60,112 nucleotides of DNA. Source: Chiloscyllium plagiosum (lineage: Eukaryota). The stretch spans positions 95,300,498 to 95,360,609 of the forward strand of contig NC_057719.1 in assembly GCF_004010195.1 (NCBI RefSeq), given 5' to 3'. The notes beneath the pieces are model-generated. The model searched no databases. It was not told the origin of the DNA and saw nothing but the letters and a program-made list of their open reading frames with translations. This document shows, piece after piece, positions 37,202 to 50,449 of this stretch. Position numbers and translations under genes: made by a program. Position 1 is the stretch's first letter; the number at the start of each line of letters is the position of its first letter.

Positions 37202-38482
37202 CTTCAAATATCCAAGCTCTTCTTATCTGGAATGTCCAATCTAGACCCCTTACTATGACATTAGTTTTTTTTTACAGTTCCAATCTATCGCCTTTCTTCA
37301 GCAGAAACTGTTTTTTAGATCCAGCTTCACCCAACACTTTTGCAAACTAAAAACAAAAGATTACTCTATGCTAAGCCAAAACAATACAATACCAGCTCCT
37401 TCAAACTGAAGTCTAATGCACAACTCCTTTTATTATCAACTCATAAGACTCACCTAATGAAAACACAACCCTATTCTTTTTCCAGGAAGTCTCCCTCTCA
37501 TGCTGTCCTTTATAAGAAATCATTACTGCCCCACAAATATCTACAAGTTAATCATTAAACACTTTCTTAGAGACAGACCAAACCTGCATGGCAGTACAAA
37601 AATCCTCATTCAAAATAAACTATGTTAAAATGTAAATAAAGCACACATTTTACATCACAACACATTGATTTTCAATGACTAGGAAACATGGAGCTGAGTT
37701 TTATAGCCCTTCTTTGGAGGCAATGATGTAAAATTCCTTGGGTGATCTTCCACCACCTTCCAGTCTACTGCAACCTGTCCATGATTTTATGATGCAATAG
37801 GCGTGTCCAACAAGTCTATGTCTGTACCATTTGAGGCCTACAAGTGACCCATGAATGCCCACTTAAATATCCTTTCTTACCTGAACTAACTTTGAGGTAG
37901 GTGAGAAGAGTTAACAGCAAGAAGGTGTCACCCTGCTCAGGTTCTGGGCTGAGTATGGATGCCTACATCAACAGGCCCCTGTCAATGTTGAAAATTTGCC
38001 ACTGTGGGTGCTCCCTCTTCCTCTGGCCTCTTCATCGATGACCTCATGCCCTCTGTCTGCTCACCTCCCAAGCTTCACTCCCCATTCCTATTCTAAAGAG
38101 TTGGGCTCAGACTCTGGGATTGCTTGCCGTCCTGGTCATGGTCCTTGTGGCTTCTGGCACCTGAGCAGCTAGAAACCCAGATGGAGCTAATCAGATGGAG
38201 CAGCAGCTCTCTGAGTTGTGACTTCCTCCTGAATATGTTGTGGAATCTCTGTCTCCAGGGAACCATCACAAGGCAGCTTCAGTTGCAAAACATTCCCCAG
38301 TAACTCTGAAGATGGTGGTACCGAAAACCCTACTATTTGAAAATTCCTGACCATGTTTTCTGAAAAGAAATTGGGTAGAATGTTTATTGAAGGCTTTAGG
38401 GGTCTTTAGCTGAAATGACAATTTAACTTGTGTTTAACACAAGACACCAGACTGATAAAAAAAGCTTGCATTAGAAGAATGA

Positions 38483-38817
38483 GTGGACAAAGTTAAAAAT
38501 CACACAACGCCAGGTTATAATCCAACAGGTTTATTTGGAAGCACTAGCTTTTGGAACGCTGCTCCTTCATTAGTTGGTTGCGGACTATAAGATCATAAGA
38601 CACAGAATTTATAGCAAAAGTTTACAGTGTGATGTAACTGAAATTATATATTGAAAAAACGTGGATTGTTTAAGTCTCTAATCTTTTAGAATAAACATTT
38701 TAGTTTCAGTTCTTTCATATGTAAATTGCAGAATATTTAAATGCTACATTCTCAAGTGAACTTTAACAATTGGTGGCATTCCAGCCCAGATAATGCATTA
38801 AAGGTGTGAGCTGCCCT
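38483..38817 (-). mobile_element. PLE family C terminal repeat and 3'UTR, core mutated
   Basis: Close match to 33851-34185. Confidence 0.8.
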
Positions 38818-40373
38818 GGGTGGCTTGTTAACTAAAATAAAAGGGGAAATTTGTTGGCTACAAGTTCCTAACAATGGGAACAGTTTGGGAATAAATACAA
38901 CATTGATGATTTGAAGTATAATTAAGAGGAATATCTGGGGCCTTAGCTGCTGGAGCCTAAAGAGGACCTTGAGGACAAATTAGAAGATTTTATCGGACAT
39001 TACGTTTTTGGAAATTGTCTGAGGATTTCACCCAAAATGTATAAGAGCTGGATGGCACAAATTCTTTGGATACCTTATATGAATCAACAGAAGAAAGGGA
39101 GTGCTTGGATATTGGTATCGTGCTGGAGATCCACTTCCATCTTGACGTGACACAAGAGGTCAGGCTGGAGAAAGAAACAAGAGGCTGAGATATATTTCCC
39201 CCCACCCTGACCTCTGTCCACAGTTACAGGAGGATTTTCCTCTAACAACACTTATGGTATCACATTTACAATCCTGTGTGCCTTTCTCCTCCATCCCTGA
39301 GGCATTCTGTAACATGCTGCTGAGCACTCCAAACATTCAATGCTAACAGATGGAAGGATTCTACACATACTGATCCACAAAGATTCCGTCTATGCATCCA
39401 GTTTTGAAGGAATGGTTATTAACAAGTGACTGCAAGTGACATATTTGATTTAAAAGAAAATTAACTCATGGTACAAAATTTACTGCAATGAACTAATCCA
39501 TAAAAAGAATCGCTCCCCTCCATTAAATAAAAATTCAATATTTCATTTGTCATTGACAGAGTATTATCAGCCTCAAGGTTTGTTGATGGCAAACTTCTCA
39601 AAAATCTCTTTTTTTCAGTGTGCAATATTTTAAAAATTTGTATATTAAAATTGCTGTCATCTTTCGCAGAGAACAAGAATTTGCAAAAGCCTTAGGATGT
39701 TGGAAAAGAGCTAGTCCGCGCATAATAGTCTTGTCAGTTATACCACTGTCAAAATCTCCTGTTCAACATATTGTACAAAATATAGACAATCACATTCGGA
39801 TGATCATGTGACAGATTCTCCAACATCTATTCTTTAGAATTGTCATATGTTCCTGAAATCCATGGTTACTGTGGTTTTGGGGGTTGGAGCGCTCAAGGAA
39901 GGGCAGTTGCAGGCAAAAGGAGAGGTTACAGGATTAAGAGTTAAAGACATATGGTTGAAGGGTTAAGGTGAGGACAAGGCTAAATATGGAAAGTAAGAAG
40001 GAAAAGATTGAGAAGAGTTTTCAGCTGCCAGAAATCTTTTATGGAATGAACATAAGTGTATTTAAAGAAGGGACAAGGCTGATGAGGTGCACAGACGCAG
40101 AGGATATAGTTCATGTATTAAATGGACATCTGACTTTACCAAAAAGAAGGATACTGCCATAGATATAATGAAAGAGGAGACAGTCAAAATACTTGGTGGG
40201 CTAAAAAATGGTTAAGCAGAAATACCAGAAAGGTTGGTGGCTTTTAATGTTAATGAGCAGAACATTTGCTGGAGGAGGTGGGAAAGTCAAGTCAGGAAAT
40301 CTCCACACCTGGCAGAACCATTGCCTTTTAAAAGACCTCTGTCCATTGTATTCACACAACAGCAAGGTGACAG

Positions 40374-40474
40374 CCAGGTGCAGTGGGATCCAGGTGCAGT
40401 GGGATCTGGGTGCAGTCGGATCTGGGTGCAGTGGGATCTAGGTGCAGTGGGATCTGGGTGCAGTGGAATCTGGG
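40374..40474. repeat. 16-bp minisatellite (ggtgcagtgggatctg), about 6 copies
   Basis: Direct tandem units are visible. Confidence 0.92.
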
Positions 40475-40726
40475 GATAGCCTGGAAGATTATAAAAGTGC
40501 TTTTTCAATTGATGTGCCATGACAAGGTCAAAAGTGTGCCACAAAATGTTTGCGTGTGTGCTTCCTCTGGAGCTGTAGTGCCTACCATTGAAGGCAGTGT
40601 CATCTGACATACATCACCACAGACCCAAAGTGAAGGGAAATCCACATGGTTATGCAGTCTGTGTGCTCTGAAAAGGCTGGGAACCATTGGACTAGAACAC
40701 TTATCTGTACTTACTAGTGATGATGT

Positions 40727-41333
40727 AGAAGTGTCAGAGTTGGACTGCGGTAGTCAAATTCAGAAGTCACCCGACGCCAGGTTATTGTCAAACAGGTTTA
40801 TTTGATATCACAAGCTTTCAGAGTGCTGCTCCTTTCTCAGGTGAAGTGGAGGGAAACACACAAGCACAGAATTTATAGGCAGACAGAGCAATGTCAGTCA
40901 ACGTGGCATTTTATACATTTTAAAAATGTTATACATTTTATAAATTCCTGCTTTGGAAGTAAAACCAGTCTGGCTCCAGGTTAAGACAGACAGACTCTTA
41001 ACAAGACCTCACACCTAAAATACATTGTCTGACCTGAGAGGTCACCTCTTTTATTCTGATAAAACCTTAAGTTATCATGGGTCAGTGACTTGCATTTTAA
41101 TCAATCAAAACTTGCACCTCCATTCTAACTGATTAAAGATTTAACAGCCATCTTGAGTGTGTTCAATTCATTCACATCAGTTGTATGACCCTTTGATCTT
41201 TTACATATAAATTCTGTGTCTGCAGTCTTCCTCTCTCACTAGCACCTGGAGAAGGAGTGAGGCTTCGAAAGCTTGTGTTTAAATAAACCTGTTGGACTAT
41301 AACCTGGTGTCGTGTGATTATTTTATTTTGATC
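40727..41333. mobile_element. Older PLE family C-like insert with inverted terminal-repeat copies at both ends
   Basis: 40770-40885 (ccaggttat...aagctttc...cacagaatttata) is inverted at 41205-41318. Degenerate cores cctgagaaaggag...gaaagctt (-) and cctggagaaggag...gaaagctt (+). Confidence 0.72.
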
Positions 41334-42179
41334 AAAAAGGCCATGCAATTAATTGGCTTCTTAGTTTTGATGTTGTTAAGTATTTTAGCTGGTGTGATAG
41401 CTACATGCTAAAGACATTTTTTAAAAGTTGTTCTTACTGTCTGAAGAGAGGGTTCAAAGAAAGAAGACCAGCATTTCTCTTTTTTTTCATATCATTTTGA
41501 AGCAACAAATCTGGAGATTCCGAATGGGTGTCAGTGCTCTGTATTTTCACAGGAGCAGAAGTGTGATGTGGCGAAGCCTGTAGCCACTGTCATAGCTGTC
41601 AAAGATGTGAAATAACCTAAAGATTCAGTCACATTTTCACTTAAGGTAAAGCAGTATGGACATCCAGCATCCAGTAGACACCCCTATCCCACAATACAAA
41701 GTGTTTGCACAGTCAACAATTCAACGTCCTCACATTGCTCATCTTTAACCCTTTAACAAGTCAGGAGGCCACTTGGTAGACAACAGTCAAAAAAAGGCAA
41801 AGCGAGACAATTAAACAGTAAAATGCTATTGTACTTAATCATAAATCAAAAATGTCACATTGTGTTCAACACCCAAGTATTATCCTTGCGTAATTACTAA
41901 TTAGTTTCTTCCTTTTTCTATTACTCTGGATGCTGCTATCCCACTGGCTTTAGCTCACCTTCCTGCTCTGACTCCTCAAGACTCTCTTGTCCAACATCTA
42001 CAGGGTTTTGGAAGGTCATAGAGACGTTAAATACTAGTGCAAAAATATAATGTGGAAAAAATATTAAGGCAACCCTTTGACAGGAAGAGTTGCAGAGAAA
42101 CATATTTAAATAAGGAGAGAAGAGAGGAAGGCTGTATCTCCATAAATCACAAAAGGCTAGCAAGAAATTGGAAATGAAA

Positions 42180-42795
42180 TATAATGTTGGCCTTCATGAC
42201 AAGGGGTTTAGAGAGTGCTTTAGGTGCTGCTAAACTGTACAGGGTGATGGTGAGACCTCGTCCAGAGCTCTGAGTACAGCTTTACTCTCGTAATCAAGAC
42301 AAAATATACCTGCATTGGAGGAGTCCAGAGAAGTTTGATGAACTTGATTCCTGGTTCATAGATATTGTCTTGTGTTGAAAAGTTGAGCAGATTGGGCCGA
42401 CATCCATTCAGATTTTTGTAAAATGACAAAATACCCTAATCAAACAGCTAAATTTCTGAAGGGACTTGACAGGGTGGATACTGAGAGAACATTTCACCTC
42501 ATGGGCAATTCAGGAACTAGGGAGCATTGTATCAGCATTAAAATGCCCTATTTAAAACTGAGGATGAAGTGGAATTTCTTCAATTGAGGACCTCAATCTT
42601 TAGAATTCTTCACCTCAGAGAGCTGAGAAAGGTACCCTGAAATATTCAAGACCAAATAGATTTTTAAATTACTTGGGAAGTCAAAGGTTATGGGTGGGAC
42701 AATTAGTTGTAGTCAAAATCAGATCTGTTATGAAATTATTGAATGTTGGAGTTGAAAGAATATGGTATATTCTTTCTCTTATTGCTTATATTCTT
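42180..42795 (+). mobile_element. Old CR1 3' fragment
   Basis: LLNCTG/LYR.MVRPR, LEGVQRSL..LIPG and gaactagggagcat motifs, heavily decayed. Confidence 0.65.
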
Positions 42796-43443
42796 GTGCT
42801 TGAAAGACCATCACTTATTCTCTACACCTCCTTGGTGTTCCATACTCTCTTCACTTGTGAGTAAAGAAAAGAGAGAGGTATGCAAAAGAAAATGCTTTCA
42901 AAAGTTGGAAGGACAATGTTTGTGGAGAGTCACTGTGAGGGCTGATTATAGCATTGCCTTTAGACAATGGTGAATGTTACTGGGAGCAAGACCGATGGGA
43001 ATGTGTGGAGTTGCTTTAATACAAAAGAATGTGTGAACCTTCAAAATCTCTCATCATGAAGATGATGAGAGTATTGAGAGTGCAGATTGCGGGAGGTTGT
43101 TATAAAATACACATCAGGGTACAGTGGAGTGGGTCATGTCACTCACTTTTACTATCTTGGTTAGCTCTCATTGTCCCATTCTCCTGCTCTGTTCAGTCAC
43201 TTGCAGCCATATCTACAAAGTTTTAAATACAAATGTTTCTTCCTGTCACCCACAGGGAACAGAATCTCTGTGCAGGTCATTACACCCCACAGAGACATGT
43301 CCAAACTTGTATTGCTGAAGCACAATGATGTTATATCTCCATTTCTGCAGCTTCTGACTGTTTCTAATGTCCTGTCCTTCAGCTTCAACTCTGATCCTTG
43401 CTTGGCTCCTTCACATACTTCTACTGAAATAGACTGCTGTGAA

Positions 43444-43985
43444 TAGAGTCATAGAGTCATAGAGATGTACAGCATGGAAACAGAACCTTAGGTCCAACCT
43501 GTCCATGCCGACCAGATATCCCAACCCAATCTAGTTCCACCTGCCGGCACCCGCCCCATATCTCTCCAAACCCTTCCTATTCATATACCCATCCAAATGC
43601 CTCTTAAATGTTGTAATTGTACCAGCCTCCACCACATCCTCTGGCAGCTCATTCCATACACGTACCACCCTCTGTGTGAAAAGTTGCCCCTTAGGTCTCT
43701 TGTATATCTTTCCCCTCTCACCCTAAACCTATGCCCTCTAGTTCTGGACTCCCCGACCCCAGGGAAAAGACTTTGTCTATTTATCCTATCCATGCCCCTC
43801 ATAATTTTGTAAACCTCTACAAGGTCACCGCTCAGCCTCCGATGCTCCAGGGAAAACAGCCCCAGCCTATTCAGCTTCTCCCTATAGCTCAAATCCGCCA
43901 ATCCTGGCAACATCCTTGGAAATCTTTTCTGAACCTTTTCAAGTTTCACAACATCTTTCCGTTAGGAAGGAGACCTGAATTGCAT
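43444..43985 (-). mobile_element. Young CR1 3' end
   Basis: ORF 43581-43949(-) reads KLEKVQKRF.RMLPGL...RRLSGDLVEVYKIMRG...RTRGH; (ctatgact)n tail. Confidence 0.92.
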
Positions 43986-44788
43986 CTCTGCTCATTCTAC
44001 GTCATCTGAAAATTAGATGTCAATACACTGGCCTGTGACAAATGCTGAGACCTTTTGGTTTCAAATGCGCTACCAGGCTCCCCCCACAAATGGGCTGTAA
44101 AAATACAACTCAGCCCCAATGTTTAATTTGTAGTCATTTTATCATTAAAGAAAATACTACTGCATGTGGAATTTTCTGTTGTGCAGCACATTTCACTATT
44201 CATAATCAGCAACCACATCAACAGGTGAAAAGCTAATCTTCACCATGGCTATGGGATCTTCTTTTATGTGTGCATTTTAAGTCATCACGAAACCCTAATG
44301 TTGGTTTTAGTACTGTGTTTGCTAACTGTCGGCTTCAAGCTTCAAGCAGGTAATTTACATGAAAAGAACACATATCTGTGCCCTGCTTTCTCGAGGGCTA
44401 TATTTATCACTTAATTGTTACTTTCTCAGTTGCTCAAAGAAAGATTGCACTTGTTATTCTTCAGTAGATAAATTGCTCGCAGTATAATGGCAACACTATT
44501 TTTCATGAACAAGAAAATTAAGTCTTCCTGGTGACAATCTGTCATATGGTCATTGTGACCTAAAGGTTTTGACTTTGAAAGTGAGATAAAGTAAGTTGTG
44601 ACGCTGTTTAAGAGCACACATTTTAAATAAACAACAGTTCTTGTTTTGTAAGGATTTATAAAGAAAAACAGAAACCTTAAAAGGTGCTATGTGAAAATCT
44701 GTAAGATTTTACGGATACGTGGTATAACCGATTGCCATAAAAGACAATTGTGAGGAATAGCTGCTACTCAATCTCTTGTGAAAAACTT

Positions 44789-44920
44789 AAAGAACTGCAG
44801 ATTCTGGAAATCAGAAACAAAAGCAGGACTTGCTGGAAAATCTTAGCAGGTCTGGCAGCACCTGTGGAGAGAAATCAGAGTTAATGTTTCAGGTCCAGTG
44901 ACCCTTCTTCAGAACTGAGC
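44789..44920 (-). mobile_element. PLE family D terminal repeat with hammerhead at 44883-44912
   Basis: Minus strand reads guu CUGAAGA a ggguc-acug-gaccu GAAAC AUU aac; stem I is guu/aac. Confidence 0.72.
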
Positions 44921-44966
44921 AATTCTGTTTTTGTGTTTAACTCAAACTGAAGTACTTTGGTTATTA

Positions 44967-45153
44967 GATATGGAAATGTGTTGCTGGAAAAGCGCAGCAG
45001 GTCAGGCAGCATCTAGGGAACAGGAGAATCGACATTTCGGGCATGCCCGAAACGTCGATTCTCCTGTTCCCTAGATGCTGCCTGACCTGCTGCGCTTTTC
45101 CAGCAACACATTTCCATCTCTGATCTCCAGCATCTGCAGACCTCACTTTCTCC
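44967..45153. mobile_element. PLE family B near-perfect hairpin insert
   Basis: 14-bp TSD tactttggttatta at 44953-44966 and 45154-45167. Arms 44970-45043 and 45044-45117 are reverse complementary with 1 mismatch, centred on cgggcatgcccg. Confidence 0.9.
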
Positions 45154-46289
45154 TACTTTGGTTATTATCAAAACATAGGTCATTTTCCTTGTCAAATGCC
45201 ACTGACTCAAAGACAAAGGGCACATTTCATTTACAGTAGAAGTTAATGCTAGGTCATGAAGAACTATTACAAAGAATTATTTTCCAGGGTAAGTTCTTCT
45301 GAATAATTATTCTGAGCATCTATCAATCTTTGATCTATCTACAGAATACATGAAAATAAAGAATTGTTCAAGTGCAGTTCATTTCCAGGATGTGAGTGTC
45401 TCTGGCAAAGACCAGTTTTTGTTGCTCCCTCTCTGCCCTTGATAATGGATTAAGGCCTATTAGAAGGAAGAGACACAGACAAGAAGATTAAAATCACCAA
45501 GTGAGATTTCTCTATTGTCCTACAGAATGGCCTTTTTACTTTGGTACTTTAACCTCCTTTCAAGAAAGGCAAACATGTTATTTGTCTTCCCAACTGTTTC
45601 CGATAGCTACGTACTGAATTTCTGGTGAAAATCCGATGGGAGTGTCAGCTATGGTGAGCTTTGTAGTAGAATTTTGTGAGAAGTCCCAGGATACCCATCT
45701 CAATCATCTTGCTCCATATTTTATGCTTTTCACAAGCAGCATGAGGAGATTCCAAAAGGCACAGATTAACACTTGTTAAACTGCCAGCGTCTGGGTGGGA
45801 TGTTAATGCCATGACTCGTCTCATTAATATTCAGCCTCCCATCCTACCAAACTCATCAAACAAGTTCAATTTTGAGAAGGATCAACAAAGTAACTGGAAT
45901 ATATTCCTGGCAGACTCAGCTCACCATGTGGTCTGAACAACCTCCACTTTGTCTGGCATCTCAGAGCATGTTGTGTGGGCTCCAGCCAAATGTATCTGAC
46001 ATGTGCCAGTGTCTCAGAAACCTCATGGCACATCCCTGATCCACTTATAGGCTGTTTCTGCCCTTCAATGCTGCAAGTCAGGCTACCCTGGTCATGCTCA
46101 TTGTAACGCTGCAGCAAGGACAATGGGTGTTCAGGAACTCCCCCTCAGCTCATCTTTCATCTCTCACTCTGACAATGGCTCACCCTCAGTACTGCAGAGG
46201 CAGAGGTTTCCTGATCAAGAACATGCAGCCAAGACCCAGCACTTATCTTTACAATATTCTTATAGTTACAATCTGTCAATTGCCTGAGA

Positions 46290-47056
46290 GAAAATGTTTG
46301 TATGCGTGAGGGTCTGCGTGAACGTGTGTGTGTGTGTGTGTGCATGTATAGTGCAATGGGGTCTCCTGTAGTGTGACATGAACCCAAGGTCCCGGATGAG
46401 GCCATCCTCATGGGTATACACCATCTCTCTCTCTCTCGCTCTGTCTCTCTGTCTCTCTCTCTCTCAGACACACACACGCACACTCTCACAGGCTTATACT
46501 CCGTCACACTCATGCACACACTCTACCAAGCATGCACACACACGAACATGCATTCTTTCACATGCACTCACACTCTATGGAGTGAATTTGTATTTACAGA
46601 TACATTTTATTTTTGCTCAAAAAGCACACAATCTGCAGGCAGTCAATGTAGGCAGTTAATTCATAAAACATTTTATGAATTCCTACTTTGGAAATAGAAC
46701 CTGCCTAACTCAGGATTGGGATACAGACAGACTCTAACCTCACATTTTTAATACATTGTCTGAGCTGAGATGTCACCATTTTTAATAAAACCTTAAGTTA
46801 TCTCGAGAATGTAACTTATAAGAAGTTCTGGGATTTACATAATAATGAACCGAAACCTACAATCCATTCAAAAAGATAAAAGACATAACAGCAATCTAGG
46901 TTTGTTCAATATATGATTTTAATTGCATGACACTGTGACCTTTTGCTATAAATTCTGTGTCTTATGTTCCTGCTCCACAGCTACCTGATGAAGGGGTAAC
47001 ACTCTGAAAGCTAATACTTCCCAATAAAGCTATAACCTGGTGTTGTGTGATTTTTA
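46290..47056 (+). mobile_element. PLE family C 3' end with a 5' inversion (hammerhead-like core at 46985-47013)
   Basis: 46340-46417(-) encodes THEDGLIRDLGFMSHY, a Neptune-type ORF end. 46420-47056(+) is a CA/CT-rich UTR followed by CTGATGA aggggtaacactct GAAAGCTA. Confidence 0.78.
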
Positions 47057-49069
47057 TCTCTCTCCATAAATACAGCCAGACCTGCTGAGTTTCTCCAGAC
47101 ATTCTCTGTGTTTGTTCAGATTTCCAGTATCTGCAGGATTTTGCTCAAATAAATACAACTTATTTATCTCCAATGATCACCCCTCAGTAGTGCTGAGATT
47201 TTGCATCTTGGGTAAAAATATTAAATGGCATCCTATCATCAATCTGCATCTTGTTCACCAGCTTTGTTTTTCTTTCCCATTATAAATGAACCAATCCCAT
47301 ATTGAATGCTCTAATACAGCAATTTCAGCTCATCACCGTCACCCCCTTAAGGATAACTCAGGACAGGCAATGAATGCTGACCCAACCAATGATGCCTATG
47401 TCCCACGAGTGATTTTTAAAAAGATTCTCACAAAACTTTTTCATTGTGTGTATGGAAATGTACGATGTGCAACAATGGTGAAATATATAATCACCACACT
47501 CAAATATTCAAATGGTTTCACACAACAGATTCTTCAAGCATAAGCAAAGTCACTTCCTAACCAGCCAGGAATAGCTGATTTTGGGAGATGGCTGCTCTCA
47601 GGTTTAGTGACACATGTGATATATTATTTGGCTTTTGTTAGACATTGTTCCAGATCTTAATTGTTAATAATTTGCATTTTTCAAAAATTAGACAACTGTG
47701 TCAGGATATTTGATTGAAATGGAGATAGCCATGCTAACCTCAGTGATCAATCCATCAGTCCCTGGTTTGCTGCATGTGTTGGCAGCACATTAGCTGATAT
47801 TTCAGTGTGAGTCAGAAACACAACAGAAGAAGCATAATTGAGCATAGGAGTGATCTTGCCAACTATTGTCAGCTCCAACCTAATGTTGCAAGTTGACTTG
47901 AGATTGCAAAATTCTGTAATAGGCTGCCTACTGACCTGAAGCAAACAGAAGTCTTTCCATTGGCATTGGCATGTAAACACGGGAAGATTTGCAGATACAT
48001 TCTGGTGTCTGTTAATCTTTCTGGCAGGTTCTTTTCATTTACAGCAATTAAACACTGCATTTAGGAATCATTTAGAAATAAATTTACCATAATCAGCAAA
48101 TGCTTACCTCAATTACAACACTTGTCCAAAAATACAAATCGAATTTTCATATTTTTGAAAATCATCACTGTTTAAAGCTATATTTTCCAATGCATTAGAG
48201 TGAATATTGCAGCATATAAGAATCAATTTTACATTGTACTCATTCAACAGTCATCGAACTTTGTCAGTCACTACATCAGGATTTTTGATGCAGTGTCAAC
48301 CAACCACTTGTCTAAAATACCATCTTTTATCATCAGGTGAGGAAGCAAAAAAAACCTCCCCTCTTTTTAACCCTTTCTCAGTTAATACAAGAAATACTTT
48401 TATTTCTTTTTAGCACATCGCTGTCACAGCTCAATTAAAATGTGATACCCAAGAAATTGAAGGACCTAATTACCACAGTTGATGACTTGTTGAGTTGGTT
48501 CTGCAGTAGCAGCAGAATTTATAGCTCTTCACATTCAGGATGATCTTTCTGGATGAATGTTTCCTTTCCCAAGTCGTTTTTTTTTTGGCAGCCATTGTTT
48601 TGCGGAAAGAGAGAAATAGAGGAAGAGAAAGATAGAGCGAATGTGTGAGAGAGAAATAGAGGAAGAGAAAGATAGAGTGAGTGTGGGAGAGAGTTCTACC
48701 TCTTGTCGCAAATTTTTCTTTCCTCCCTCCGCGCTACTGCTCTAAAGCAGCTGCTGAAATGTTGTCCAGTGTGTATTCTGGAGCCATTTCCATTGTCTTT
48801 CGAAGGTGACTAACTGGCAGGAAAACCTTTCATCTCCCAAACTGTGAAATTTTCATACAGATGTGAATTAAACAGGAGATGTAAAGTTATTGGTGCTGAA
48901 CCAGTTGTCTGGTTTCAATGTCTTTAGAAACAAGTTGTAATTTCAGGGTAGATGGCTTTATTCACTCTGCATGAATTTCCTCAAGCTTTTTTTGATCTGT
49001 TACCAGTTGTACACCGCAACAATTCAGGTTTATGTCTCCTATGCTCGAAAGAAAAAAGTCCTAGCTTCT

Positions 49070-49260
49070 GGACCAACGTCCTGTACAACTGAGGCATAAC
49101 TTCTCAACTTTTATACTCAATGCCCTGACTGATGAAGGCCAGTGTGCCAAAAGCCTTCTGCACTGCCCTGTCTACCTGGGACTCTGCTTTCAGAGAACCA
49201 CGCACCTGAACTCCAAGGTCCCTCTGTCCCACTGCACTCCTTAAGGCTCTACCATTCATC
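49070..49260 (-). mobile_element. CR1 RT fragment
   Basis: The reverse complement encodes DLGVQVRGSLKAESQVDRAVQKAFGTLAFISQGIEYKS. Confidence 0.85.
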
Positions 49261-49554
49261 AGTCATTTTAGTCCATGGAAGATTTCAGGTAAAACAATCA
49301 AATACTTCCAGTTAAGATTCAATAGTCCACAGTTACCACTATTGTTACAAGCTCCATATTGTATTTCTGACACTCCAGTTGTACCCATAGTCTTCTGGTC
49401 CATATAACCTTTGCAAATCCAGGAAATTGAAAAAAATGCTTCTTGAACTTGAGAAATGGATAGGTCTTTGTTCCTTTTTGATCTTACTCCACATGAAATT
49501 TCTTGTTGGTATTTCATGTATGCTTTAAAATAGTCAACAATAATCAATTATGGT

Positions 49555-49609
49555 GGAGAGTGTGTTGCTGGAAAAGCACAATAGATCAGGCAGCATCCGA
49601 GGAGCAGGA
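49555..49609 (-). mobile_element. 55-bp PLE family B micro-insert
   Basis: 16-bp TSD aataatcaattatggt at 49539-49554 and 49610-49625; insert gtgttgctggaaaagcac...ggcagcatccgaggagcagg. Confidence 0.8.
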
Positions 49610-50449
49610 AATAATCAATTATGGTCAGTTATACTGGAATCTCTTTCAAAATCTGCATGAAAAAGTTTCCCTGTTCTTTGGAATAAAAGATGCTTATTTT
49701 CTTTCCACATGGCAGTATTTATGTTTGCTTCAAGTAAAAATAAGAAATTAGTTATAATGTGATTGTGAGTAGTGCTAGCGGCATTTGAATAGTTCCTGAA
49801 ATTATCTCTCCCTTGTGAAACCGTTATATATAATGTGCCCTGCCATCATTTACATGAAACATGTGACCTAGGTTATAACATTTGGTTATTTGTCATGTGC
49901 ATTTTTTTTACATGGAAACATGCTCATTCTTTGTTTCGCAGTAGCATAATTCTATTGGCACAATTGAGGATATGTCATTTTGGCACTTAGCAATGGACTT
50001 AGCAATAGAATTGGTATATTTATTGTTAGAGTTATTTATAGGGTAAAAATATCATTGTGAAACAATTACATTAAATTTCAAATTATACTTGTTACTTTAC
50101 AAACAATACAACATTAAAATTTAATCTTATTGTACCTTAGAAACATAAAAATGTGTTATGGTACAAGACCACGTCAACCTTTTTTCTAAGTCTCATTTTG
50201 TACACTTGTCTTTTCACCAGATCTATAATGACATGGTTTGAACATATTTACAAACCCATTCATATGATAGTGTGAAAACACTAGCTTGTCTGAAAAGTCT
50301 ACCCCACAGTTACAATGCCTGGATCATCATGACTAGGCACTTTCCAACCCTCACTAAAAAAAGGATATAATCTTCTGGGAGAGACAAAACAAGAGAAAAG
50401 TTGAAGGCCACAGGAAATCTCAAATCTGAATAATTCCTAATGACCTCAG

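Noticed and set aside
44970..45117. miRNA precursor or MITE
   Set aside because: The arms are PLE terminal-repeat sequence with a long, variable TSD and copy-specific ends.
48607..48692. Two copies of a ~40-bp purine-rich unit
   Set aside because: This is simple slippage duplication of GA-rich sequence with no supportable function.
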